A DNA stretch of 64,000 nucleotides from an uncultured Gammaproteobacteria bacterium. Lineage in GTDB: Bacteria; Patescibacteriota; Microgenomatia; UBA8517. This document shows positions 7,772-17,390 of this stretch, piece by piece. Under the pieces are notes generated by a model. That model saw nothing but the letters and a program-made list of their open reading frames with translations, was not told the origin of the DNA and searched no databases. Position 1 is the stretch's first letter. Each line of letters begins with the position of its first letter. The translations under genes and the position numbers were made by a program. Location: assembly GCA_964494885.1 (NCBI GenBank), contig CAZBTH010000004.1, positions 6,459 through 70,458 of the forward strand, read 5' to 3'.

Positions 7772-10249
7772 CTACCTCCATGATGTTAACCAATAATAAC
7801 TCTTTTCCAACCATAACGGAACTTGAAGACCAATCCAGTGGGGATAGAAGTAAGCGAATAGCGAAAAAGTGATAGTGAATAGGGGAAGTATTAGTTTGGG
7901 GTTACGACGGAGAACATATCCAGTCGCAATTGCCAGGAATGGAACCGACGGTAAATAGTGATATAAAAACATTATCCTCGGGGAGGCGGCCCAAGGAACA
8001 AAAAATATTAAATAGCTAAATATCGTAAAACCGATCTTTTTATTTTTCTCTACAAACGCATATATAAAACCCATGACGACGGATGTTATACCAAACCAAA
8101 AAACAAAGGGGTTCCCCATTGCATAGATTCTTGCAACCCGTCCACCCACCTCACCAGAGGTATAAAGATAAATCGGGCGAATCAAAAAGGGCCACGCCCA
8201 CCAGGAAGATGAATAAGCGTGAGTTGCCCTAAGTCCGGTGTGGTACCACCACATCTGTTCCTGCATTCCCCACCAAGTCCCAAAATTGTGTCCAGTTAGA
8301 AACATTGGGATATAAGATGAAAGATATATGATAAATGGGATAACTAAAAAGAATGCGAAAGTTGAAAATCTAAATTTATTCTTCCGTTTGATCCATAAAA
8401 TGAAAAGTATCGGAATTGCCCAAATTGCGGACCATTTGGAAGAAATAGCCAAACCAAAAGAAACTGCAGACCAAAAGTCCCACCGTGCCGTATGGCCCTC
8501 CGGACCGGAGGCTTTTCCCTTCATAAATAGATATACTGATAGCAGCACAAAAAACAGCAGGTAACTGTCATTCATTCCAATACGACTCATCACAAGAGGT
8601 AGTCCATCGAGGGAAAATACAGCGGCCGATAAAAGCCCTACCACTTCGTCTTTAAACAAAATTTTCGCTAAAAGATAAATCAAAAACACCGACCCAACAC
8701 CAAGAAGAGCTCCCGGAATTCTCCACCCGAAAGAATTTTCCCCAAAGATTTTCATACCAAGAACCATCCCCAATTTTGCCAAAGGCGGGTGGGTCCATTC
8801 GTAAGCGAACCCCTCCGGCGGAGTGTTCCACCATTCCCATGCCTTGTTGGCGTCCACATGCATCATCACTTTTGCGGTGAAGGCATGGTAGACCTCATCA
8901 AAATATTCGTTTTTAGGAGAATGTAAATTGTATATTCTGGTAATAGAGGCGAATGTCAAAATTCCAATTAGAATATATTTTGCTTTGTTTTTAGAGAGAC
9001 TTGTCTGAGGTAGCTCATATTCCACAATCGATTGTTTCCTGATTCCGAATAATCGATTAATCGGATAGTTAAACCATGACCGTGTTTTATTTATTTTTTT
9101 AGCCATAACAGTAAACATAAAAAAAACAGATCCGATATTTGCCACCTCTAAGATTTTAATAAAAAAATCAGAAAATACTTGTTTGAAATTAGAGGAAATC
9201 CAAACATACGCATAGTATAGGTTGGCCATATAAGTCAAGGAAAAACCAATGTAAGGAATCAAAAGAATCGGATTTTCAACTGCCACAATAGCAAGCGGTG
9301 CAAAAAGCGGAAGAAGATGCCTCTCGTGCATCCGTGTAAAAAAAACAAAACTGGATGCAAAAATTAAAGAAGTTAATAAATACTCCGCATCGTTCTGCTT
9401 TTTGTCTTTTCGTATAAATTTTATCATTGTTATAATGGTTATACTCAAAACCAACAAATAACCACCAACCTGCATATAAATATTGTCAGGTTTCCACAGG
9501 CCTACCAACCCCCAGAAGTTAAAGGCGTTTACCGAAGTGTAAGGATATTGATTAAGAGACAGGCTCAATCTCTCAAAAATAAAGGATACGAGACTTCCGT
9601 GATTCCAAAATGGGATGAACCCGACCACAAAAATAAGTAAGCCGGCAAATCCGTAAAATAAAAGGTCTGTGAATTTCTTTTTTTGTTTTAAAAATAAAAA
9701 TAAAATTACCGGAAATATAAACGCTGTTTGTGGTTTGATGAGGGTTCCGATCGCCAAAGAAACAGCGGATAGCCAATAGTTAATAGGTAATAGATATACG
9801 GACAAGACTGAAAAAAGAGATGTTAAAGAGTCGACTTGACCCCATAAGGTGGAATTCGCCAAAACCGCAGGATTAAAAACGTAGATAGCACTTCCGATAA
9901 GCCCCCATTTTTCCCCTTTAGACTTATGTAATATTTTGTAAATAATTAACCCCGTTAACAGGTCAGAAATTATGGCAGGCAGTTTGTAAAGAATAGATGT
10001 TGGAAATACCCCCAACAGATTGATCTTTGCCAGAAGCCAAAGGACATAAAGATACCCAGGAAGATAATCGCTCCACCCATTGTAAAAATTTTTAAAACCA
10101 TTACTGGCAAGGTTTGTACTCCAAGCAATAAAAGTTCCCTGATCCAGATTCAATGTTCCAAAAAAAGATAGTGCAATCCTTAAAAATAAACCAAACAAAA
10201 ACAACAAAAAAATCCTATTTCTTGATATTTCTTTGACGAATGAGAACAT
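7772..10249 (-). CDS. Double GT-C glycosyltransferase: N-terminal mannosyltransferase-like domain fused to a PMT-like domain
   Basis: DYLPGY, WGQVDS, RMHERH; YFDEVYH, HPPLAK, HAYSSSWWAWP, MFLYHYLP. Confidence 0.85.
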   Translation of the reverse strand: MFSFVKEISRNRIFLLFLFGLFLRIALSFFGTLNLDQGTFIAWSTNLASNGFKNFYNGWSDYLPGYLYVLWLLAKINLLGVFPTSILYKLPAIISDLLTGLIIYKILHKSKGEKWGLIGSAIYVFNPAVLANSTLWGQVDSLTSLFSVLSVYLLPINYWLSAVSLAIGTLIKPQTAFIFPVILFLFLKQKKKFTDLLFYGFAGLLIFVVGFIPFWNHGSLVSFIFERLSLSLNQYPYTSVNAFNFWGLVGLWKPDNIYMQVGGYLLVLSITIITMIKFIRKDKKQNDAEYLLTSLIFASSFVFFTRMHERHLLPLFAPLAIVAVENPILLIPYIGFSLTYMANLYYAYVWISSNFKQVFSDFFIKILEVANIGSVFFMFTVMAKKINKTRSWFNYPINRLFGIRKQSIVEYELPQTSLSKNKAKYILIGILTFASITRIYNLHSPKNEYFDEVYHAFTAKVMMHVDANKAWEWWNTPPEGFAYEWTHPPLAKLGMVLGMKIFGENSFGWRIPGALLGVGSVFLIYLLAKILFKDEVVGLLSAAVFSLDGLPLVMSRIGMNDSYLLFFVLLSVYLFMKGKASGPEGHTARWDFWSAVSFGLAISSKWSAIWAIPILFILWIKRKNKFRFSTFAFFLVIPFIIYLSSYIPMFLTGHNFGTWWGMQEQMWWYHTGLRATHAYSSSWWAWPFLIRPIYLYTSGEVGGRVARIYAMGNPFVFWFGITSVVMGFIYAFVEKNKKIGFTIFSYLIFFVPWAASPRIMFLYHYLPSVPFLAIATGYVLRRNPKLILPLFTITFSLFAYFYPHWIGLQVPLWLEKSYYWLTSWR

Positions 10250-10251
10250 TG

Positions 10252-11910
10252 TTATTTAGAGTCGCATTTTACAGAATAAATTCTGTAATTTGTAGTAGAT
10301 TCAACAAGACAGAAATTTTCTACAAAAAACTCTTCATTTGCATTTAAATCATTTATTTCTCCCGGACCGATTACGATGTAATCAACCTTATATTTGTACA
10401 ACAGGTTCTTTGCATCAGCAGTACCTAAATATATATCTTTAATATCCCTTTCTCTGTCCTCATACTTTATTCCGTGAACCCAAAGACTACCCTGATAACC
10501 CATTAATATCTTTCTTCCACCCAAATTGCTTACAAAACTCCTGTGGGTAAATTCTGTTAAAAACAACGAATCTAATGGCGTGTTTTCTCTAACCCACAAT
10601 CCTAAATCGACATCTTCGTTTGAAAATAATTGATAACTGAGATTCATCTCACGATATATTGACAATAATGAAGACAGTGTTAGTGAGGCAACAAGAATTG
10701 CGGCTAATATTTTCCGAATAAGTGCCTTGCTCTGCCACAATCTTACTAAAACAAAAGCGATTGCTCCATAAGCAAAGACTGCAAACCAAAAAAGAAATTT
10801 AACATTATCCCAATTAAATGGTTGAAAAATAAATAAATTAACAATTACAAAAATAAAAAATGAAAACCAAACCAACCTGCTCATCATTTTATGATTCCTA
10901 ACAAAAAACAGGGACAAGATTAAGAGGGGAATTAATACACCAGTATTTTTCCACCAAAATATTATAAATTCTAATATCCCCGGGCCGCTCATCCAACCCA
11001 GATGATATTTAAAAAAAGTTGAACTGGCGTTTAAATGAAAAAAAATTAATTTTAACTGAGGGGCCGCAACCACCAGAGTTATCGCTCCAAAAACAGACCA
11101 TCTTTTCAACCAATCAATCCAATTATTTCTGCTCAGTTCAAAGACTGCCAAAAACGGAATCAAAAGACCAAAAACAATAAACGTATGAGTATGTGACAAT
11201 GGCAAAAGACCTGTTAACACCGCTCCAAAAATAAACCACCAATCTATAGGCTTTCCATCTTTTTTCTCCTTCAAAAAGAGTATGTACAAAATTGCTATCC
11301 CCATCGGTATTCCCAAAAGGACACTTCGTTCAGGAATTAATATCCGAGACAAGAAATTACACCATTGGATATTTTCTCCAAATAAATGACTGTAATCCGG
11401 AAAAATCCCGGGGCCGGTTATGAAATCTTGAAGTTTTCTGTTAAATACCACATCTCTAAAAAAATAATAAAAACCAAGACCACCGTTAAGGAAAAACAAT
11501 AGTGTGCCCAAAAGGGCAACCGACTTACGCCCTGTCAGTTTTCTATAAAAAAAGTAAAGAGATATGATCATCAGGATAGAAAAAATCATACCCGGCAAGA
11601 TTATTGAAGATCTGAGACTAAATCCCCAAATTACAATTACAGCCGACAAAACATTTATAAAAAATGGATAAACCAACGGGATTCCGGAATATAAAGGATT
11701 TTCCGGGGGGAAAGTTCCGGTATAAGCCATCCGGGAGATCGTTGCCAAATGAAACGGTAAATCTCCATAAGTACTTTCCCCTGTCAACAGGTTTCCGTTT
11801 ATATCAGGTTTGATTACGTGGCTATTAAAAAGAGCATAAATAACAAAACCCAGCCCTACCACAAGTATCCAAACAGGTTCTTTAAGTATTTTTTTTAATA
11901 AATCGCGCAT
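10252..11910 (-). CDS. Multi-TM GT-C-like membrane protein
   Basis: YGDLPFH, PPENP, NLGGRKILMGY...WVHG; start reassigned to MRDLLKK. Confidence 0.75.
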   Translation of the reverse strand: MRDLLKKILKEPVWILVVGLGFVIYALFNSHVIKPDINGNLLTGESTYGDLPFHLATISRMAYTGTFPPENPLYSGIPLVYPFFINVLSAVIVIWGFSLRSSIILPGMIFSILMIISLYFFYRKLTGRKSVALLGTLLFFLNGGLGFYYFFRDVVFNRKLQDFITGPGIFPDYSHLFGENIQWCNFLSRILIPERSVLLGIPMGIAILYILFLKEKKDGKPIDWWFIFGAVLTGLLPLSHTHTFIVFGLLIPFLAVFELSRNNWIDWLKRWSVFGAITLVVAAPQLKLIFFHLNASSTFFKYHLGWMSGPGILEFIIFWWKNTGVLIPLLILSLFFVRNHKMMSRLVWFSFFIFVIVNLFIFQPFNWDNVKFLFWFAVFAYGAIAFVLVRLWQSKALIRKILAAILVASLTLSSLLSIYREMNLSYQLFSNEDVDLGLWVRENTPLDSLFLTEFTHRSFVSNLGGRKILMGYQGSLWVHGIKYEDRERDIKDIYLGTADAKNLLYKYKVDYIVIGPGEINDLNANEEFFVENFCLVESTTNYRIYSVKCDSK

Positions 11911-11912
11911 TT

Positions 11913-12881
11913 TTACTTGCGAAGTCCGCCAATCCATTTTTGAATCTCTTCCCATTTCCCGTTACCTTCTTTTGGTATGAGAACATATTGTTTATCGTAG
12001 GTCTCCGTAATTGGGGGGTTAATCAGCAACCCGTCCGGAATCAAATATTTATTCATTGAATTCCTGGAGTCAAAAACTTTTCTGGCAATCGCCGCTGCAG
12101 TTTTATCGTCCACGTCCATTTCAACCGAATTTCTTAATACATTAAATATTGCTTTGTCCATATTTAGCGAAAGATAAACTTGTGGGGTAAGTAATTTATT
12201 CTTGATTGCATCGATGACCTTTTGCTGCCTTGCCTCACGCGCCTGATCTGTGCCCTCCTGTCCCGACGCATGTCGGGATCTGACAAATTTCAAGGCCATA
12301 TCCCCATTCATCAATTGAAGACCAGACGCAAATGTTATCGTTTCGTATCGGCAGGCAAAAGTTGCATCTCCACTACAAGTGTCGTTCTCCCTGCCTGCGA
12401 TAGGATACAGTTTGTCGGTAAAACCTGTACCGACATTCACCCGAATTCCACCAAGGGCATCCACAATTTCTTTAAAGGCTGAAAAGTCCACCAAGACAGA
12501 ATATTGTATTTTTATCCCCGTAACCTTTTCTACCGAAGACTTTGCCAAATCCATACCTCCGTAATGATAGGCACTATTAATTTTGGCCCGGATTTCAGGG
12601 ATCCACAAATCCCTTGGGATCGAAACGACGGTCACTCCGGGGCCCCCAAGATTTACCGAAACAAGCATGATTGTATCGGTTAAGTCTCCTCCTGTGTGGT
12701 CCTTTCCCCCAATTCCCAAAACCAGAAAGTTTGCGCGATTACTGTCAGATCTAACCTGTGTTATATCCGGAAACAAGAATTTCGAAACTAAATAAACTTG
12801 CGATCTAAAAAAATACAGGGAGACCAAAAAAAATACAACTATGATGCCCAATATCAAGAGGGTAAATTTTTTAATACTCAT
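11913..12881 (-). CDS. LytR-CpsA-Psr (LCP) family protein
   Basis: TDTIML, SIPRDLW, KINSAY, FVRSRH, REARQQKVI. Confidence 0.93.
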   Translation of the reverse strand: MSIKKFTLLILGIIVVFFLVSLYFFRSQVYLVSKFLFPDITQVRSDSNRANFLVLGIGGKDHTGGDLTDTIMLVSVNLGGPGVTVVSIPRDLWIPEIRAKINSAYHYGGMDLAKSSVEKVTGIKIQYSVLVDFSAFKEIVDALGGIRVNVGTGFTDKLYPIAGRENDTCSGDATFACRYETITFASGLQLMNGDMALKFVRSRHASGQEGTDQAREARQQKVIDAIKNKLLTPQVYLSLNMDKAIFNVLRNSVEMDVDDKTAAAIARKVFDSRNSMNKYLIPDGLLINPPITETYDKQYVLIPKEGNGKWEEIQKWIGGLRK

Positions 12882-12899
12882 GTTACTATTGTATTTGGA

Positions 12900-15800
12900 A
12901 TGAATGACGTAGACAAGCTAACAAACGATTTAAACAAAGATCAGCTCGCTGCTGTGACTTATACCGCAGGACCCCTTCTGGTTTTGGCCGGGGCGGGATC
13001 GGGAAAAACAAAGGTTTTAACACACCGGGTAGCCTATTTTATTGCTCAAGGCTTAATTAAACCTGAAAACGCCCTTCTTTTAACATTCACCAATAAAGCA
13101 GCTACTGAGATGCGGCAAAGAATTAACGACCTACTCGGTCAGTCGTCAGTCAACAGCAAGCAGTCAACGGTTTTCTCCGGAACATTTCATAGTTTTTGTG
13201 CCAAAGTTCTTAGAATTGATGGAAAACATATTAGAATCCCGACAAATTTCATTATTTACGACGACCAAGACCAAAAAGACGCCGTTAAACAAATTTTGGA
13301 AGGCCTGAATATTTCAACTGATCAGTTTGCTCCGGCTTCAATCTTAAACGGAATCGGGGAAGCCAAAAATCAAATGTTGACGCCGGCAGAATACAAAAAT
13401 TTCGTCAGAGGCGAGTGGCAAGAAGTGGTGGCCAAAGTTTACGAACAATACGAAAAAATGCTCAAGGATATTGGGGCTCTGGATTTTGATGACCTGATGA
13501 TCAAAACAGTCCAACTTTTCAGGGAAGTTCCGGAAATTCTTACAAAATGGCAAAGAACTCTAACCCATATTTTTGTTGACGAATGGCAGGACACAAATAA
13601 AATTCAATATACTCTTACCAAACTCCTAGTAGGGAAAAACAGAAATCTCACCGCAGTGGGGGATGCTAGTCAATGCCTACCACCAGAGACACCAATATTA
13701 ACAGTTGATGGTAGCAAAAGAATTGATGAAATAATAACTGGGGACTTTGTAATTTCTGCGACTGGTCGAGGCAACATTGAAAAGTTTTTAGTTAATAAAA
13801 TCCATAAAAGAATACATAATGGAAAATTAATCGTTTTAAAAACAGCCTCTGGAAAAACTTTAAAATTAACACCTAACCATATACTTTTTGCCAAACTTCA
13901 ACCAAAAGAAAATTTACATCATGTTTATTTAATGTATCGAAAAGATAAGGGTTTCAGAATTGGCCAGGCCAAAGGTTTAAGATCTGGAAATGCTAAAAAT
14001 GGACATTTACCTTTAGTTGGAGTTGCTACTCGAGGAAATCAAGAGTCAGCAGATAAAATATGGATTCTTAAAGCGTGTGATACAAAAGCAGATGCAACTT
14101 ATTGGGAATTTTATTTTGCTTTTAAATACGGTATTCCTACAGTCGTCTTTAGCACAAGCAATCGTTCAATGGACATATCTCAAGATCAAATTGATAAATT
14201 ATATTCTGAGATTGATACAAAAGATAAAGCCTTAAAACTTATGGCTGATTTAGAAATTGACCCCACGTTTCCACATCACCGACCAAAAGGAACTTCGGGA
14301 TATAAAAATATTGATAGGCAAATTGTACATTTAAAATTTTTTGAGGATCCAAGACGATACAAATTAAACCCATGGGGAATGCATCGAATTGCTTTAAATA
14401 CAACAGACCGAAAGCTTGAACAAAAAATCAAAAAGTCAGGGTTTTATACCCGAGAAGGCAGAAAAAATACCTGGAGAACTGAAATAGCAAAGATGTCTTA
14501 CGAAGAAGCGGAAAATATTGCGATTAAACTTGGTAAAGAAGCTGGAGATATTGATATTTCATACGAAGCATTTTTAACAAAAGGAAAAGAAAAGCTTTAT
14601 TTTCACCCTGCAAGCCATATTCAAAAAGGAATGATTGTTGGACTTATAAAAGATAAGGCAATTGTTGAAGAAGAAATTACAGATGTTAAACAAGAAAATT
14701 ATGGTGGAATTGTTTACGATTTAGATATAGATAAAGTACATAATTACATTGCTAGTGGGGTTGTTGTCCACAATTCAATTTATTCATGGCGAGGAGCTGA
14801 CTATCGAAACATAACATTGCTCACCAGGGATTATCCGGACATCAAGGTAATTAATTTGGAGCAAAACTACAGATCGACGCAAAACATTCTTGATGCCGCC
14901 AACCTGGTTATTTCAAAAAATACAAATCATCCTATTTTAAAACTTTGGACAGATAAGCATGCCGGTTCAAAAATAAAACTTTACTCTGCCAAAAACGGTT
15001 TTGATGAGGCTGACTTTGTTGTTTCTGAAATTCAATCTCGAAATTCCAGATTCCAGATTCCAGATTCAAAGTATGGCGACTTCGCAGTACTTTATCGCAC
15101 CAATGCCCAATCCCGCGTACTTGAAGAGGCCCTTCTTCATGCTGGAATTCCGTATTCATTAGTGGGAGGTACCAGATTTTATGATCGAAAAGAGGTCAAG
15201 GACATTATCAGTTATTTAAAATATACTGTTAACCCGAAAGACTCTGTTTCAAAAAAACGCATCGAGAAAATTGGCATTAGACGTTTCGAAAAGCTCGAAG
15301 AATTCAGGTCTAGTCTTCCGGAAAATTGGCTAGATGGAATGACTACTTTAGAAATTCTGGACGTTGTCATACAAAAAACTGACTATCTTTCTCTATTCCA
15401 AAAAGAGTCGGAGGAGAATTTGGCAAGGCTTGAAAATATTAAAGAGTTACGAAGTGTGGCCACTGAGTTTCCGGCTATTAATGATTTTTTGGAAAATGTT
15501 GCGCTTGTTGAGTCCACTCAAAAGCCAATAAATTCCACCTCAATTGCTAAAGATTCGGTAACACTCATGACCCTGCATGCCGCAAAAGGTTTAGAATTTC
15601 CCGTTGTTTTTATTGTAGGCATGGAAGAAGGTTTATTTCCCCATTCCCGAAGTTTGATGGACGGCAATCAATTGGAAGAGGAGAGGCGTTTGGCTTACGT
15701 TGGCATAACGCGCGCCAAAGAAATTCTATATTTAACTTATGCAAACTCCCGGCTTTATTTTGGAGAAAGACTAAGTAACCCTCCTTCCAGATTTATAATG

Positions 15801-15944
15801 GACATACCGGAAAATTTAATTGAAAATCTTGGAGGGGTATATTCGAGCTATAAAAATAACAATGACAACCAAGATTCTTTGACTGTAGATAAAATTAAAG
15901 GAACTTTTGACGATATTATTGAGAAATATTTAGATAGGGAGTAG
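12900..15944 (+). CDS. pcrA: UvrD/PcrA helicase containing an intein
   Basis: AGAGSGKT, DEWQDTN, VGDASQ/SIYSWRGA, LEQNYRS, TLHAAKGLEF, EEERRLAYVGITRA. Confidence 0.93.
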   Translation: MNDVDKLTNDLNKDQLAAVTYTAGPLLVLAGAGSGKTKVLTHRVAYFIAQGLIKPENALLLTFTNKAATEMRQRINDLLGQSSVNSKQSTVFSGTFHSFCAKVLRIDGKHIRIPTNFIIYDDQDQKDAVKQILEGLNISTDQFAPASILNGIGEAKNQMLTPAEYKNFVRGEWQEVVAKVYEQYEKMLKDIGALDFDDLMIKTVQLFREVPEILTKWQRTLTHIFVDEWQDTNKIQYTLTKLLVGKNRNLTAVGDASQCLPPETPILTVDGSKRIDEIITGDFVISATGRGNIEKFLVNKIHKRIHNGKLIVLKTASGKTLKLTPNHILFAKLQPKENLHHVYLMYRKDKGFRIGQAKGLRSGNAKNGHLPLVGVATRGNQESADKIWILKACDTKADATYWEFYFAFKYGIPTVVFSTSNRSMDISQDQIDKLYSEIDTKDKALKLMADLEIDPTFPHHRPKGTSGYKNIDRQIVHLKFFEDPRRYKLNPWGMHRIALNTTDRKLEQKIKKSGFYTREGRKNTWRTEIAKMSYEEAENIAIKLGKEAGDIDISYEAFLTKGKEKLYFHPASHIQKGMIVGLIKDKAIVEEEITDVKQENYGGIVYDLDIDKVHNYIASGVVVHNSIYSWRGADYRNITLLTRDYPDIKVINLEQNYRSTQNILDAANLVISKNTNHPILKLWTDKHAGSKIKLYSAKNGFDEADFVVSEIQSRNSRFQIPDSKYGDFAVLYRTNAQSRVLEEALLHAGIPYSLVGGTRFYDRKEVKDIISYLKYTVNPKDSVSKKRIEKIGIRRFEKLEEFRSSLPENWLDGMTTLEILDVVIQKTDYLSLFQKESEENLARLENIKELRSVATEFPAINDFLENVALVESTQKPINSTSIAKDSVTLMTLHAAKGLEFPVVFIVGMEEGLFPHSRSLMDGNQLEEERRLAYVGITRAKEILYLTYANSRLYFGERLSNPPSRFIMDIPENLIENLGGVYSSYKNNNDNQDSLTVDKIKGTFDDIIEKYLDRE
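13674..14774 (+). mobile_element. Intein (367 aa) in helicase motif III
   Basis: Starts CLPPET, block B LTPNH, ends VYDLDI...VVVHN followed by Ser; removal restores GDASQSIY. Confidence 0.95.
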
Positions 15945-15946
15945 TG

Positions 15947-16321
15947 TTAACGTTTCACTTTCGTCGACAACTGATCTGCCGTCAGTTTTGCAAACGCAGA
16001 CCATTCTTTCTTGGCCAACCAATCAAATAGGGAAGCCCCCTCATGCACCATGATGTCATTTGAATAATCACATACAAATTCACCGTCTTTTAATTCAAAG
16101 GTGACCGTTTCAGCAAGGTTGTGCCCTTTACGGCTACCATTTGAAAAGATTAAATTATTCTTTGCACTGAAGCCTATCTCCCACCCCTCTCTTGAATCAC
16201 CGAAAAGTCGCATATATTCACCAGCTTCTCTATGATTCTCTTTTTCTTTTTTTAGCACATCAACAATTGATCGTACTCTAATCGCATCTGCTGCCGGATC
16301 AAACTCACTTTTTTCACCCAT
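15947..16321 (-). CDS. Hypothetical protein
   Basis: 124-aa ORF filling the gap; no motif. Confidence 0.6.
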   Translation of the reverse strand: MGEKSEFDPAADAIRVRSIVDVLKKEKENHREAGEYMRLFGDSREGWEIGFSAKNNLIFSNGSRKGHNLAETVTFELKDGEFVCDYSNDIMVHEGASLFDWLAKKEWSAFAKLTADQLSTKVKR

Positions 16322-16383
16322 ATGAACCGATATTACTCTCCCTCTCTACAAAATTCAAGTATCGAATGTATAATTCAATAAGA

Positions 16384-17343
16384 ATGACTAATCTAAACAA
16401 AGTCGCCACGCACCCCCTACAAACTTTAGCGTGGGCAGAGTTTAGAAAAAGATGGGGGAACGAGGTTCTGGAGACAAAATGGGGACTGCTTACTGTTCAC
16501 AGATTACCGTTTACTGACTACAAACTGGCAATATTTGAAAAAGGCCCGACTCCGACTGGGGATATGCTAGATGCTTTATGCCTCATTGGGAAGGAGAAAA
16601 AGATAATTTTTATCAAACTTGAACCCAATGTTGAAAAAAATAATTCAATAATATGCACGCGTACGCTTCAATTACTCAATAATTCAGGTGCAGTACCCGG
16701 TAAAACCGTTTTTACCCCATCAACTTTTTGGATCGGTCTTACGCCATCCGAAGAAGGTTTAATGAAAAGTTTTTCAAGTAAAACCCGTTACAACATCCGT
16801 CTGGCTGAAAGAAATGGCGTTAAAGTCTGCGAGGACAACTCGGATAAAGCGTTTGGTCGGTATCTTGAGTTGACCCGCGAAACTATTAATAGACAAGGTT
16901 TTTACGCGCACTCCGAAAAGTATCACCGTTTGATGTGGCAAATCCTCAAAAAGGCTGGTATTGCCCACCTACTAACTGCCACCTATCAAAAACAAATTAT
17001 CACAACATGGATCTTATTCGTCTGGAAAGACTTTTTGTACTACCCATATGGAGCTTCAACCGAACAGTATAAAAACGTTATGGCAAACAACTTAATGATG
17101 TGGGAAGCCATAAAGTTTGGAAAAAAGTTGGGACTTAAAACATTCGACTTATGGGGGAGGGAAGAAGGTAAAGGATTTACAAAATTTAAAGAAGGCTACA
17201 ATCCCCACGTTGTTGAATTTGTTGGCACCTGGGATCTGATAATAAATAAGCCAATGTACTTTATATATAAAATTGGAGAATTGATAAGATGGCCCTCGCT
17301 TAAACTCGCCGCCAAGTTTGGATTATCCAAGCATCGTTTCTAA
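16384..17343 (+). CDS. FemABX-family peptidoglycan bridge aminoacyltransferase
   Basis: HPLQT..W, KTRYNIRLA, YYPYGAS, FDLWG, FKEGY. Confidence 0.9.
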   Translation: MTNLNKVATHPLQTLAWAEFRKRWGNEVLETKWGLLTVHRLPFTDYKLAIFEKGPTPTGDMLDALCLIGKEKKIIFIKLEPNVEKNNSIICTRTLQLLNNSGAVPGKTVFTPSTFWIGLTPSEEGLMKSFSSKTRYNIRLAERNGVKVCEDNSDKAFGRYLELTRETINRQGFYAHSEKYHRLMWQILKKAGIAHLLTATYQKQIITTWILFVWKDFLYYPYGASTEQYKNVMANNLMMWEAIKFGKKLGLKTFDLWGREEGKGFTKFKEGYNPHVVEFVGTWDLIINKPMYFIYKIGELIRWPSLKLAAKFGLSKHRF

Positions 17344-17362
17344 TCTTAGACCTCAACTCCTT

Positions 17363-17390
17363 CACTACTATAATTCGAATTATGGTAGTG
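17363..17390. repeat. 28-bp palindrome CACTACTATAA-TTCGAA-TTATGGTAGTG
   Basis: One mismatch; abuts the stop codon at 17391. Confidence 0.8.

Noticed and set aside
7721-7804. Diversity-generating retroelement template/variable repeat
   Set aside because: Copies are only ~30 nt, mismatches are not adenine-specific, and no reverse transcriptase is in the window
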